A stretch of 64,000 nucleotides of DNA, taken from assembly GCF_009914755.1 (NCBI RefSeq), contig NC_060925.1; one strand, 5' to 3'. The DNA is from the human T2T-CHM13v2.0 reference genome, Homo sapiens. The position numbers and the translations under genes are program-made. Below, in pieces: positions 15,328 through 35,967 of the stretch (within the stretch, counting starts at the first letter, position 1; every line of letters begins with the position of its first letter). The notes below the pieces were generated by a model. The model was not told the origin of the DNA, searched no databases, and saw nothing but the letters and a program-made list of their open reading frames with translations.

Positions 15328-17082
15328 GAGTAAATGAATGTATTATTATAAAAATGAAACTATTTTCTTATTCTTTTAATGTGGAAATAAAACTTTGTAA
15401 GAGATAGAAGAAATCACAAAGGTAAAGACTGTCAGATTTTTTTGGCACAAAAATGGAAACAAATATATAAAATTTTAACTTAACGTACATATTGAGGAAA
15501 TGTTGATAACAAATGCTACTGAGAGTTAATAGTGTTCCATTATAATGTACTTTTTGTAAATGAACATTAAAAATAGCTGCAAATTGAAACAAAGTGGGAA
15601 AATACTTTTAAATGGTGTTTTTTTCATAAATTACTGGAGTAAATATAATTAAGAACATTTTTTGGGGAGGAAAACAACCTGTCATTATGTATCAAGAACC
15701 TTTACTATGTACCTTTTTACCTAGTAGTTCCACTTCAGGAATTCTTTTCTTAGGAGATAATCCTAAATATGGGAGTATGAATATTCACAGAGATATTCAT
15801 CGTGGCATTACTGATTGTACTGAATATGCGGAAACATTAAATGGACCAACATTGTGTTGTGGTTATAAAATCTTGGTGCCATTGGAGCCGGAGGCAGAAG
15901 GAAAAAATCAGTAATACTGATTTGGTATTTATTTAAAAATTTGATATTTTGCTCTTCATGGACCTTGCATAAATTTGATTTTTAAAAATACTGTGTTAAA
16001 ATATTATCTTCATTACTGAGGTTTTTGGTGCCCCCTTAATTTTGTACCTGAGGCATGTGCCTCACTCACCTCATCCCAGTCACATCTCTGTGTAATGTGT
16101 TATGTTTCTTAAATAATACATATTTGTATTTTCAAACTTGAGTAATGTGCCGACAACTCCCCATCACAAAAAAAGGAGATATATCTGAGATACTCCAGAA
16201 TTCCAAGAATAAGTGATCTTGCAGAGTTTTTGCATGTTTCAATATGATAAACAATATATTAAAATAAAAGTTAAATCTATTATGTAATGATTTTAGAATG
16301 CAATTGTATAATTGTAAAAAGCAAACAGCACTGAAAGGTTGTAGTAGAACTCAGTTATATGGTGGTTACTCATGACTTAAAATACGTGTATATGCACATA
16401 GAAATCATTGAAATAAAAACAAAATTTAAACAGCATTCTTTTAGAATTTTCAGACTATGTAGACCTCAGGGATTCTTGGACTTCAGTTTTAGAAACACTG
16501 GTATATTTAGCCATTAGAAGTAATTTTGGAGTAATATATACTAATATACAAACGTTCAAATGATTCAAATGAGCAAAAAATCAGTTTATAAGAATGGTAT
16601 ATTTAATATAATTACAACTTATTAAGAAATAAAACCTCTGCATTGAGGAGGGGAAAAGACTGGAAAGAAATATACCCAAAGAATAACAGTGATTGTTTTG
16701 GGGTGATTAAAATATGATTAAATTTTTTCTTATTTTTATTTATCTAAATTTTCTATAGTGATTGTGTATTACTTTTATAATAAACAGTAACTTATAATAC
16801 TTTAATAAAAATAAAATTAAAGATTTTTCAAAAATAATAAATACTTAGTGTCACAGACTAAGTAGATACTTTCATTTTTTTCTGTCTTACACTCCTAGCA
16901 TATACATATTTTACCTATATTTAATTATAGTTTGCTTGCTGTTTTGTACTTTATTATTTCTTACTAATGTTTTAAACATTTTCCACCTCTATATAGTGGT
17001 AGTAAAATGTCTTGAATGTCTGGATGTCTTTAGGTATTTATTCTTTTCTCTATGTATTTATTTATTTTTTTCTTCTTTAAAG

Positions 17083-17167
17083 GAGTATAGTCATGGCCAA
17101 CAGCAAAAAACTCAAGAGGGGGAACTGAAAATTAGTGCTGTGTTTTCAGTCAGTGGCAGCCCTCTTG
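17083..17167 (+). CDS. ZMYM4: ZMYM4 exon 6 (85 nt)
   Basis: tttaaag|GAGTAT … CTTG|gtaaga; EYSHGQQQ…SGSPL. Confidence 0.95.
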
Positions 17168-17367
17168 GTAAGAAACAGACCTGAATAAATGGATTGTGTA
17201 TGTTCTGACCAATATGAATGAGAAGAAATTCTGCTTGTATTAATAAACCAGGCAGCTCTCTCTACCCACTTAGGATGCCTTTAAATTGTATATTGCATAA
17301 TTACTGTTGGGTTTCAAGACTAGTTCTAGAAGAGAAAGAAAGAATGTCTACTTAAAATTCATGGTAA

Positions 17368-17727
<360 letters not shown>

Positions 17728-18076
17728 TAACATACTTTGTTCTTAGGTCATGTATTACATTTGATATTCTACATTTATTCCTTTTTTTTTTTTTTTTTTT
17801 TTTTGAGAAATACCACATTATTTTCTGTCTGCTTTCAGTTGTTGCTTTTCAGTCTTCCAGGTGCTAGGTGCTCAGCTTGTTTTTTAGCTTTCAATAATGT
17901 TACTTTTATGTATTGTTTTTGAAACCAGCTCTCCCATCCTTGTTAGTTGAAGTGCCTGATATAACAAAAAGTGCACATTTAGGGATATTGTATTACAGCA
18001 GTATTTTATAACTATAGGCAATAGATATTTAAATCCAACAAATATTTTAAGTTATATTTCCTGTTATGTAATTTGA

Positions 18077-18472
<396 letters not shown>

Positions 18473-19677
18473 TATATTTTTATTTTCTCAATGTCTCTGA
18501 ACTACCACATTGTGTCCATTGGAATGTTTAATAACAAAAAAGGGGTATGATCTTATGACTGTAATAAGGTCATCCTGATATATTTGAGGAATACACAATA
18601 ACTTTGACTAATTTTATGATTGTTAGAAACAGTTTAAGTCAGAAAAAGAGGAATAATGCTCTTGTTCTGAAACACTCTATCAGGCTACTCAAACCATGAT
18701 TCATTTATTACTTTAGGCGGTAATGTTTATAGTTCCTCACACAGATGCTGCACTTTGTCTGCCCGGAGAGGAGAAAAAGATACTCCTCCTCCTAGTTCAG
18801 TTAGATAAGAGATGTTTAAAAGAAATTTAAATATGGTTAGAAGTTTTTCTGGAAGTTACTGATATGCACATCGTTTATGCTTCATTTTTTTGAAATGACC
18901 GACAGGGTAAATTTTGGTTATATTTGAGGCAGCTTAAATATATACTGTAATTTATATATACAAATGTAGATTAGACTTCAGTTTTCTTTGGAATCTCTAT
19001 TTTTATTGTAAAATTGCCGCTATTTAAAAGAACAATAGAAACTTCTGCAACTTTTTGTTTTGGGACTATCTTTCAAGCTAATTACACATTCTTTTGAATA
19101 GCTTCTGTGCTATCAAATTTTTATCTCCTGAGTGCTTATTTACTGTTCACATGTGGCTAAAAGCCATTTAGAACCATGTATATTGATTAAAGTGCAGATT
19201 AAGATATTTTATATCAATTTTTGTTCAAAAATGAAATTTGATTATATAAGATTGGTGCTTTTGTGACTTTCAATGCCTTTTGTGAAGGAATTTATAAAAG
19301 GGAATTTAAAAAATATATCTTTGAGTTATGTTGTCATTGTTAGAATAATAATTATACCAGGGCTATTTTGAGTGATAGATTTTGGCTTATTTCTTTAAAA
19401 ATTTATTTCATTAGAACATAAACCATGAGGAAGTAGTTGGGAAAGGTGTCAGGGAATGTTGGTTAAAGGATACAAAATTTTTTAGTTAGAAAGAATTGAA
19501 GATGTATTGTACAATATGGTGACTGTAGTTAATGATACATTGTATTCTTGAAAAATGGTGAGAATAGATATAAAATGTTCTCACCACAAAAATGGTAACC
19601 AAGGAAAGCATATATTAATTAGCTAGATTTAGGCATCGCACAGTGTGTATGTGTATACACACACAGACACACACACA

Positions 19678-20232
<555 letters not shown>

Positions 20233-20426
20233 ATTATGTTGTACACATAGTAAATACATATAATTTATGTCAGTATAAATAAATATATATATATGCATAT
20301 ATATATATATACACACACACCCACACCCCCCACAAGGGTAGGAACTTTGTGTATCTACTTCAATATACCCAGCACAGTAAATGCTTAATAAGTATTTGTT
20401 GAATGGGAGAATTAATGATCTTAACT

Positions 20427-20893
20427 TTTTTTTTTTCTTTTTTTTTTTTGAGACCGAGTCTCGCCGCTCTGTCGCCCAGGCTGGAGTGCAGTGGCGCAGT
20501 CTCGGCTCACTGCAAGCTCCGCCTCCCAGGTTAACGCCATTCTCCTGCCTCAGCCTCCTGAGTAGCTGGGACTACAGGCATCCGCCACCATGCACAGCTA
20601 ATTTTTTTTTTTTTTTTTTTTTTGTATTTTCAGTAGAGATGGCGTTTCACCATGTTGGTCAGGCTGGTCTCAAACTCCTGACCTCCTGATCCACCCACCT
20701 CAGCCTCCCAAAGTGCTGGGATTACAGGCGTGAGCCACCGCGCCCGGCCCTGCACGGCTAATTTTTTATATGTTTAGTAGAGGCAGAGTTTCACTGTGTT
20801 AGCCAGGTTGGTCTCGATCTCCTGACCTTGTGATCCACCCGCCTCAATCTCCCAAAGTGCTAGGATTACAGGTGTGAGCCACCGCGCCCAGCC
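20427..20893 (-). mobile_element. Alu trimer (one right arm, two left arms)
   Basis: Outer TSD aatgatc(t/c)taactt; inner repeat tgcac(a/g)gctaatttttt. Confidence 0.85.
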
Positions 20894-20990
20894 CAATGAT
20901 CCTAACTTCTAAAAAAGCTATACTTACTACTTTATAGTTATAACTTATGTAGTAAAATTATTTAGTAAAAAGAGACTTTATACTGCTTGA

Positions 20991-21389
<399 letters not shown>

Positions 21390-21575
21390 ACTCATCATGG
21401 GATTGTAAGACTTAAATCAGTTTGAAGATTTTAATTTTTATAGTTTTTTTTCTGTTTATTTTGCCATGAAATCATTCACATAATAACTTCATGTTTCTTT
21501 ATTTAATTCTTACTCTAGGGATCAACAGTCTTTAAAATTTCAGTGATATTTATCCTTTTATAATCATAGCTATAG

Positions 21576-21745
21576 GCTGGGCATGGTGGCATGCACTTGT
21601 AGTCCCACCTACTCAGGAGGCTGAGGTGGGAGGATTGCTTGAGCTCAGGAGTCTGAGACTCAGCCTGGGCAACATAGTGAGACCTGGTCCCCCCCAGCTC
21701 CTAAAAAAAGTCAGCCACATCTCCGTCTCAAAAAAAAAAAAAAGT
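21576..21745 (+). mobile_element. FLAM monomer followed by an ultra-short Alu 3' remnant
   Basis: Monomer, then ctccgtctc-A14 between aaaagtcag(c/t)ca(c/t)a repeats. Confidence 0.7.
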
Positions 21746-22850
21746 CAGTCATAGATTTTTTTTTTTAAAGATTTATCAGTTATTTTCAAAATGGCTATGG
21801 AAAACACGTAAGTTTTAAAATATGCCCTCTTTCTCGTTTTAAAAAATTATTACTATTGTCCATACATGTTACTCTTTTCATCTAGATTTATCATGTTTCT
21901 TTGGCCTCCAGTCTCTGGTGTTTGCCTAAGCTTTATTAGAGACAGGTCATTTCTACCTATGTGTCATTTTATCTATGTCTTGATCTTATGTAATTCAATT
22001 GCTCTTTAAGATTATGTTCTCTTCTCATGTTTGGTTTATCCATTATCCAAATTTTCCATTTCTTTAACCTGTTATCCCTTGACTCTTTACAGTTCTACCT
22101 TTTTATTCACTTAGTCTTTTACCCTTTTTTTATTCGTTCACCCCTTTTTGTTGTTTCAGGTACTCCTTACTTATCTCCTTAGCCTTTTCTTCTTCATCTT
22201 CTTTCTTACTTTTCTCCTACTTCTCATTTTACATAATACTTACTTTTTGCTTCAGTCTTCAACCATTGTCAATCTTGTTTTTCCTTATATTCCATTTTAC
22301 TTTCTGAACTACTCTTTAATCTCCTGTTCAACACTACCTTTCCTTCTTTTTTATCCCCTCTTATTTACACGGTGATTACAACAGTTTGGTATAGTCTGAT
22401 TTATCTGATTGTAAAATTGATGAGTTGGATGTACCAAAAATATAAGGAAGCTAAATTCAAAGAAGGTAAAAGATTTGCTTGTGTCACCTAGCTGGTTAAT
22501 TTTGGCATATGCATTGTTTCTCTACATAGTCTATGTAGTCAAACAGGTTTCATTTAGAAATCATTCCCCATAAGAAGGGTTTCAATTTGATTTGAACAGG
22601 CAGAGATGGAAAAAATTTCCTCTCTGATAACTACTGCTACTGTTGTATACCAGTAGAAATATAACAGCAGCACTTAGGTTAGAAGAAGCTCATTAGCTAT
22701 TCAGAATAAATTTCATTTTTCTTAATTTTTGGTAATCATATCTCAGCCTGTTGAATTTAACTTAAACTCTGAAAGAATTTTGGTTGCCATTTAATTTTTA
22801 GGTTTCCTTAATGATAGGGACCTAATAATTTGTTTTAAAAAATTTGTCTT

Positions 22851-23148
22851 GGCTGGGAGCAGTGGCTCATGCCTGTAATCCCAGCACTTTAGGAAGCCAA
22901 CATTGGAGGATTGCATGAGCCCAGGATTTCGAGACCAGCCTGGGCAACACAGTGAAACCTCATCTCTACAAAAAGTTAAAAAATTAACCAACTGTGGTGC
23001 CACATGCCTGTAATCCCAGCTGCTTGGGAGGATGAGGTGAGAGGATTTCTTGAGTCCAGGAGTTTGAGGCTGCAGTGAGCTATGATCACACTCCTGCTCT
23101 TCAGCCTAGGTGACACAGCAGGACACTATCTTTGAAAAAAAAAAAAAA
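22851..23148 (+). mobile_element. AluJ
   Basis: Dimer + A tail. Confidence 0.88.
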
Positions 23149-23589
23149 TCTCATATTTTGCAGAGAAGAGGTAATTTGGAGGATAATTTTGTTAATACTG
23201 TTAGATCAGATTCTTGTTATAATGATATTCAAAGAAGTAACACCCAGATTGTCTGTACCATTTCTGAATTTTCACTAACTTGAATGAGATTGTTTCTTCT
23301 CATTCTGTCATAAGATATAATCCACTACCACAATAAGATGTAATCTAATTGGACTCTAAGCATAGTGAGAGCAGTGAAAAAATACCTAATTTTATACTTC
23401 CATTTCCTTGATCCATGCTGCTCCCAATTCTTATCTCCTTAACTTTCTGGAAAACTCCTATTTAAGGTCCAGCTAAAATATCACCCTTTGGGTTGCATTT
23501 CATGTTACATGTAGTCTGAAATAATTGTTTCTTCATTTATATTTTTATGGCACGTTATTCGTGTCTTCTCCAAAAATTATTTATACTTC

Positions 23590-24285
<696 letters not shown>

Positions 24286-24534
24286 TAAGGGTTTCGTTAA
24301 TGTCTGGCTCAATGTAACTACTCACTAAATATCCTTCTCACTAAATATCCCTCTATGAAATACATTAAAACCTAATTTTAAAAATAACAGGAAATGCAAA
24401 AAGCAAAGCAGTCTAGAGCTGCTAAGTATGGAAGATGGCAAGGTATGGAGTTATGTATTATAGTAAAATATTAGGTGCTCCTAACGATGATTTCCCATTA
24501 TATCTACTATTTTACTGAAGCAGAGAGATTTGTA

Positions 24535-27205
<2,671 letters not shown>

Positions 27206-27349
27206 TAATCTTTTCTTTAAAAGTATCCTGCTAGTGTAATCTCTTTAAGATACAAACATGAGTATAAAGCAGTTTATTAACTATTATGTGGATGTATACT
27301 CATGGGAGAGAGACATTGATTAGAAAATTTCACCAGTTTGAAAAATTGG

Positions 27350-27682
27350 TTTTTATTATTTATTTATTTATTTTATTTATTTATTTATTTATTTATTTTT
27401 TTGAGACAGAGTCTCGCTCTGTCGCCCATGCTGGAGTGCAGTGGCACAATCTTGGCTTACTGCAAGCTCCGCTTCCCGGGTTCATGCCATCCTCCTGCCT
27501 CAACCTCCTGAGTAGCTGGGACTACAGGCACATGCCGCCACGCCTGGCTAATTTTTTGTATTTTTAGAGAGACGGGGTTTCACCGTGTTAGCCAGGATGC
27601 TCTCGATCTCCTGACCTTGTGATCCGCCAGCCTCAGCCTCCCAAAGCGTTGGGATTACAGGCGTGAGCCACTGCGCCCGGCC
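27350..27682 (-). mobile_element. AluY
   Basis: TSD gaaaaattggttttt. Confidence 0.9.
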
Positions 27683-28196
27683 GAAAAATTGGTTTTTAAT
27701 ATGGTTTCCACTTGAACTGTCTGGTAAACTACTATAGAGTGAGTGGTTTGGTGGGATTAGGGTTGGAGTGGTAAGGAGCCTTAATCATTAGGGTTTTAAT
27801 CTTCAATGCCTTTGTTACTAGTGCTTAGAAATTAAATTATTTAGATATGGTAATGTTATATTTTATATAACTGTGCTAGAATATGCACTGTGTAGTGTAA
27901 AATGTATGTTTACTTTTAAAAGATACTAATTTTTGACAATGTTAAATGTAATACAGTATTTTTTAAAGAATATTTTGAAAATACAGATAATTCTAGAAAA
28001 GAAAAATCTCGTATAATCCCTCCTGTAGAGATAATGAATGCTAATCATTTGATGTTTTCCTTTTAGTCTTTGAAACATACTAATTCTCATAACAGTTCTA
28101 TGAAGTAGGTGCTGTTAATTCCACTTCATAGAAAATAATTTAAGGATCAAAGCAATTTTTAAGTGTCTCCCAGAAAATTAAAGTTTTTAAACTTAA

Positions 28197-28592
<396 letters not shown>

Positions 28593-28602
28593 TAATTTCT
28601 AG

Positions 28603-28830
<228 letters not shown>

Positions 28831-28873
28831 TAATCTTGATGTCTTTGTTCAGTTCAGGTAATCTGTATTTTTA

Positions 28874-29381
<508 letters not shown>

Positions 29382-29512
29382 TTATACATAAGTAGTATTT
29401 GTTGAATAAATGTGCATTAAATATTCATACAGAGTTCTATAAGTAGCAGTTTTATTCATGCATTTGTTTATACACGTTTATGCATTTGAAATACAAGTTT
29501 TTAGAGTGTGGC

Positions 29513-29805
<293 letters not shown>

Positions 29806-31884
29806 AGTATGGCTTTTTTATTTCAAAAGTGATTTGTATTCTTTAACAATATTTTGAAAGTTAAAAAAAAACATGAAGAAATGCAGTGTATCTCTCACAG
29901 ATAACAAATCCTGTCATTTTGGTGTATAGCCTTCTAATCTTTCCAGCATGTGAGATTTGCATATATACTTCTTATTTGACAAGGAAAGGTTCAAGTTGCA
30001 TATGTAGTGTTGAAATCTGATTCACAGAATTAAAATTGCAAACCAGATAATCAAAATTATATCATTAATTGTTACAGTAAGGGATTTTTCTTATCTTTAT
30101 GAAATAGGAAGAAATAGATGTGGATTATATATTTGTGAATTGATGAGGTGTGCACGGGATGAACTGGATGAACTCTATAACAAATGTCTTTTATGTAGTT
30201 TTGTGTGTATTAGATTTGTATTTTATTAGTGAATTTTGATCAAATATTAGTTTTAAAATTGATAAACCTAAAGGAATAGTAAATGCTATATATATTTCTA
30301 ATTTTTAATTTTTGTGGGTCCATAGTAGGTGTATATATTTATGGGGTAAGTACTTTTAATATTTTTAATTTTATAATGTCTTTTATGTAAGTGCATTTGC
30401 TAATCATTCTTTTCCTTAGAATAGTAAGTTTTTGTACAGTTTACCAAAATTGGTGAATTTAATAGCGTTGATTAGGAACATTCTTGTTAATTGTTCTTAA
30501 AACCTTGTAGTAATTTTGGAATTTAAGCGTGTTTCAATTTATTTCCTGTTAATGTGAAAACACACTATAATGGCTAAGTTTTACTATTCATTCCTTATTT
30601 TTGTTCTCAAAGAAAAAAAAAATCCCCACATCTTCATTGTTTTGTCATTTTCCAAAAGACTGTTCTTTTCCTGATACTGTATCAGGTACTAAAAGTTACC
30701 TGGATTCAGTCCATTGAAAGATGAGTGATAGTCCACAAGAGAGGGAGAAATAGGATGAAACATCTTAATTTTAAATTTATTCTTTACTTTTAATTTAGTC
30801 AAAACCTATTAAATTTTTCATGTATTATATCTGCTGTGGTAGAGAAAGAACTGGAATTTAGAAGTAAGGCAGATCTACATTTAATTCTAGACCTTATGTT
30901 CAAATACAGTTTTACCTTGGGGAAAGCAGTTAAGCTCCCTGAGTCCCAGTTTTTCTGTCTGTAAATAACTATGATACCACCTATGTCACTGGGATGTTTT
31001 TAGGATTATAGAAAGTAAGAATGAAAGAATGCCTAGTATGTAACTGAGGCATTGTAGATGGTCATTTCTGCTACCTTCCTTTCTTCCTTATATATAATTC
31101 ATTCAACAAACATTAGATATAATTTCTGTTTTGAGGGGCTGCCTGTCTCCTGAGAAAGATAAGACGTATAAATGAGTAAATAGAGATGCTATGATGGAAG
31201 TATTATGGGTACAGTGGGCCACAGAGGTAGCATAGTGAGCTCTACTTGATAGGGAAAGATGAGACTATCAGCAGAAGCTTCACAGAGGTAACTCTTGATC
31301 TGGGTCTTACAAATGAGGTTTGCTTTTACAGTCCTCATTAGGGAGGAGAGGGAAATGGGGTTAGAGATTTAGAAGACATTCCAGAATTCAGGCATATATT
31401 CACTTTACTGTGTATTTATTTTAATATCAAGTTTTACAAATTGATTCTTTAAGAAGGAAGATTGCTCTTAAAATCTCCTAATTGGTGCTGGACGTACTTT
31501 AAAAATTATCCTGAATGTGTGACATGTTAATAATACTTAGCATTATTTGCTGCTGAATCCCTAATTGGGTGAAGACTTAAGATAACGGACTCTGGTTGTT
31601 TGTATTTGGACACCTGTGATGATATCCCAGGTTTGCTCTTACTTTACGCTTATGGAGTATTTTTTTTATTATTAGTGGTAGAATATTTGCCAATAAGTTG
31701 CCTAATAAGGTTACTAATTTCCTTAAATTCATATTTACAAGCACCTTTGGAGGGGGTTATTTCAATTTATAGGATGATATAGTATAAAAGCATGAACTTG
31801 CTGTTATTTAATGTTTTTAAAACTGTGGTTATGACCTATTAATAGACCCTGAAATTAATTACTAGGTTATAACCAGCATTATTA

Positions 31885-32202
31885 TTTTTTTCTTTTTCTT
31901 TTTTTTTTTTTTTTTTTGAGGTGGAATCTTCTCATTCTGTCGCCAGGCTGGAGTGCAGTGGCACGATCTCAGCTCGCTGCAAGCTCTGCCTCCTGGTTCA
32001 CGCCATTCTCCTGCCTCAGCCTCCTGAATAGCTGGGACTACAGGCGCCTGCCACTATGCCTGGCTAATTTTTTTTGTATTTTTGTAGAGGCAGGGTTTCA
32101 CCATGTTGACCTTGCTGGTCTTGAACTCCTGACCTCAGGTGATCCACCCACCTCGGCCTCCCGATGTGCTGGGATTATAGGGGTGAGCCACTACGCCTGG
32201 CC
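31885..32202 (-). mobile_element. Alu (Y-like right arm, S-like left arm)
   Basis: Antisense dimer; TSD gcatta(t/c)t. Confidence 0.85.
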
Positions 32203-32499
32203 GCATTACTTTTTCAATGAAATAGAATAGATTGGAAAATATCAAAGTGCATTACATGTTATCATGATATTTATTCCTCTATAAAACTTTTTAGTTTTAT
32301 TACATACATGCATCATACACAAATGCAAAATCTCAGAAGTACATGTGTACCATGAAACTTCCTATTGAGGATTACAATCATAAAAGTTTGAAAATCACTG
32401 ATTTCAAATATTTCAAAAGTGTTGAGTATAAACATTTCGAAGAATTATGCTTTTACTAGGAATTTGTTAAAAATGAATGTTGTTTTATTCTCTTAATAG

Positions 32500-32650
32500 A
32501 AATCAGCCAAAATTACACCGTGTGCGCTTTGCAAATCATTGAGATCCTCAGCAGAAATGATTGAAAATACCAATAGCTTGGGGAAGACAGAGCTTTTCTG
32601 TTCTGTTAATTGCTTATCTGCTTACAGAGTTAAAATGGTTACTTCTGCAG
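32500..32650 (+). CDS. ZMYM4: ZMYM4 exon 10 (151 nt)
   Basis: aatag|AAATCA … GCAG|gtaata; CALC…FCSVNC. Confidence 0.96.
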
Positions 32651-33131
32651 GTAATATTGGTTTCACAAACTATGAAATGCAATGGTTGAAAAATAATGGT
32701 TATTGCTTTGTTTTTAACGGTTTTTTTTGGTTGATTTTTAAGGCACATTTAACATATTTCAGATATTTGTTGTAAAATATCACCTGTTACCTTGATTGCT
32801 TATTTATTTACTTGCATACCTATTTATGCATTTCCCCCTTACCAAAAGAATTTCATATGGCTTCTTTAATATATTTTCTTTTTCCCTACCTAATTTCTTT
32901 GAAGTTTCATTTATCTGGTAGTTTCAGGGTAGACTTTGACCAATTTAAATTGGAAAGAAACATTTTCAGTATTATGTTAGTTTTTGTCTATATGTGACAT
33001 GATTTAGTTTCAGTTCCTACAACTTACCCTGGCTCTTAAATTTTCTTATATTGTATAGTATTATTTAATTTCTCATACTTTTGTGTACATTTGTACATAT
33101 TACTCATTGGTTTTTATTTTGATTTGCTAAG

Positions 33132-33247
33132 GTGTACAAGTTCAGTGTAACAGTTGTAAAACCTCAGCAATTCCTCAGTATCACCTAGCCATGTCAGATG
33201 GAAGTATACGCAACTTCTGCAGCTACAGCTGTGTGGTAGCTTTCCAG
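33132..33247 (+). CDS. ZMYM4: ZMYM4 exon 11 (116 nt)
   Basis: gctaag|GTGTAC … TTCCAG|gtatgg; CNSC…FCSYSC. Confidence 0.95.
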
Positions 33248-33294
33248 GTATGGCTTCAGGAACCTTCCTCTTCTTCAGTCAGTGAGTCACCTAC

Positions 33295-33669
33295 TGTATG
33301 AGTCTGTTCTTGCACTCCTCTAAAGAAATACCCTAGACTGGGTAATTTATAAAGAAAGAGGTTTAATTGGCTCACAGTTCCACAGGCTGTACAGGTAGCA
33401 TGGCTGGAGAGGCCTCAGGAAACTTTCAATTATGGCGGAAGGCGAAGGGGAAGCCGGCACGTCTTACATGATGGGCTCAAGAGGAAGAGAGAGAAGCGGG
33501 AGGTGCTACACTTTTAAACAACCAGATAGTGAGAACTCACTATCACCAGAACAGCAGGGGAGAAATCCACCCCCATGATCCAGTCACTTCCTGCCAGGCT
33601 CCTCCCCCAACATTGGGGATTACCGACTGGACATGAGATTTGGGCAGGGACACGAATTCAAACCTATCA
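33295..33669 (-). mobile_element. MaLR solo LTR (MSTA-like)
   Basis: gactgggtaatttataaagaaagaggtttaattggctcacagttcc; TG…CA ends; TSD CCTAC on both sides. Confidence 0.9.
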
Positions 33670-34060
33670 CCTACTATAGTAATGCACATTTATTAGGTGT
33701 TTGCTAGGGCCTGGGTTGTATAAGTTTCTATATCATTCCTATTAAACTTGGATTTGTAGTTCATTCTGTATTTGGAATTTAATTTAACTGCCTTCTATAA
33801 AATTGAATGGTACTTTTATCACCCATATTATCTATTGGGAGGATATTATTTTTGAGGAAGATTATTAGTTAAGTTATTTTATTTTTTCATCATAAATGAG
33901 ACTCCCCCCATTCCGTAATAAGCTGCTCAGAGGCAGGAACATTGCCTGTTAACAGATGTACCTTACATGCCTAGAACGGTGCTTGGCATATGTAGGCACA
34001 CAATACTTCTTTGTTTTAACAAAGATTAAATTGATACTTTTTGTTGTTTTGTTTTTCCAG

Positions 34061-34336
34061 AATTTATTCAACAAACCAACTGGAATGAATTCTTCAGTAG
34101 TGCCCTTGTCTCAGGGCCAAGTAATTGTAAGCATCCCCACAGGTTCCACAGTGTCAGCCGGAGGAGGTAGCACATCTGCTGTTTCTCCCACCTCCATCAG
34201 TAGCTCTGCTGCAGCTGGTCTCCAGCGTCTCGCTGCCCAGTCCCAGCATGTTGGGTTTGCACGAAGTGTTGTGAAACTCAAATGTCAACACTGTAACCGT
34301 CTTTTTGCCACAAAACCAGAACTTCTTGACTATAAG
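34061..34336 (+). CDS. ZMYM4: ZMYM4 exon 12 (276 nt), Ser/Gly-rich linker + CQHC
   Basis: ttccag|AATTTA … TATAAG|gtaaag. Confidence 0.96.
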
Positions 34337-34511
34337 GTAAAGTATAGCATGTTCATGATAAGATTTTGAGTATACGTGGGTCTATTTGTAAAATTATTTT
34401 TAACTTTGCATCTCTCAAAATCATACCATTTGTTTTGAAAGTAAGGGAGATAAGGAGTTCCATAAGACAAACCAAATGTTTAATTAGTACTTAATGATTA
34501 TTTCTTTGCAG

Positions 34512-34662
34512 GGCAAAATGTTTCAGTTCTGTGGCAAGAATTGTTCTGATGAATATAAGAAAATAAATAATGTAATGGCAATGTGTGAATATTGTAAAAT
34601 TGAGAAAATTGTAAAGGAGACTGTTCGGTTCTCAGGTGCTGACAAGTCATTCTGTAGTGAAG
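34512..34662 (+). CDS. ZMYM4: ZMYM4 exon 13 (151 nt)
   Basis: ttgcag|GGCAAA … GAAG|gtaaag; FCGKNC, CEYC…FCSE. Confidence 0.96.
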
Positions 34663-35146
34663 GTAAAGACAGAAGATTATCTTACCTACTGAGCATGTTG
34701 GTTGTTTTAAAGCAGTTGATGATGATTTAAGCTTTCACTGTCTAAGTTAATCTGTTTTATTGTTTATGTATAACGTAAATGCCTTTTCGATTCATTTACA
34801 CTTAGTTCATTCTTTTTTGATCTAGTTTTCTTATATTATGTAGCTGTTAAAATGAAGTGAAAGATTTGCAAAGTATAATGCAGAAGAAGATGATGTGAAA
34901 AACATTTAACATCCTTAGGTTCCCCATTATTAGGTTGATCGGGACCTCAAAGAGCTTCTAGTTCGTGTACTTATTTCTAAATGGGATGCCTTAAATTATG
35001 GTAACATTCTAAGTTTATACTTTTATTGTCTTAAACAGCCATTATATTTCTGAATATAAATGGCTTGAATATGCAAATTAATATGTGGAAGATTGTTTTC
35101 CTTAGATAACTCTTCTATATGTTTATAATGTTTTATTTTACTCTAA

Positions 35147-35668
<522 letters not shown>

Positions 35669-35749
35669 TAGTATAGATACTCTAAAAAATCAAGATACTC
35701 TGTGAACTGGTCAGGACCCAAGTGTGAAAACTTTGTCCTAGACCACTTA

Positions 35750-35893
35750 TTTTTCTTTTTTTTGTTTTTGTTTTTATTTGACATGGGGTCTTGCCATGTT
35801 GCCCAGGCTGGTCTCAAACTCCTGGGCTCAAGCACTCCTCCCGCCAGCCTCCCAAAGTGTTGGGATTACAGGTGTGAGCCACTGCACCGGGCC
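35750..35893 (-). mobile_element. FLAM_C-like monomer
   Basis: Single left arm 75 nt upstream of exon 14. Confidence 0.8.
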
Positions 35894-35967
35894 TGTCCTA
35901 GGCCATTTAAAGTTGCAGAAAACTAATACTTCTACCTAATGTTAATTTTATCTTTCCTGATTTTTAG

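Noticed and set aside
21900-22370. Long pyrimidine-rich tract with a Leu/Phe-rich ORF (22148..22375)
   Set aside because: Compositional artefact, probably a decayed antisense LINE.
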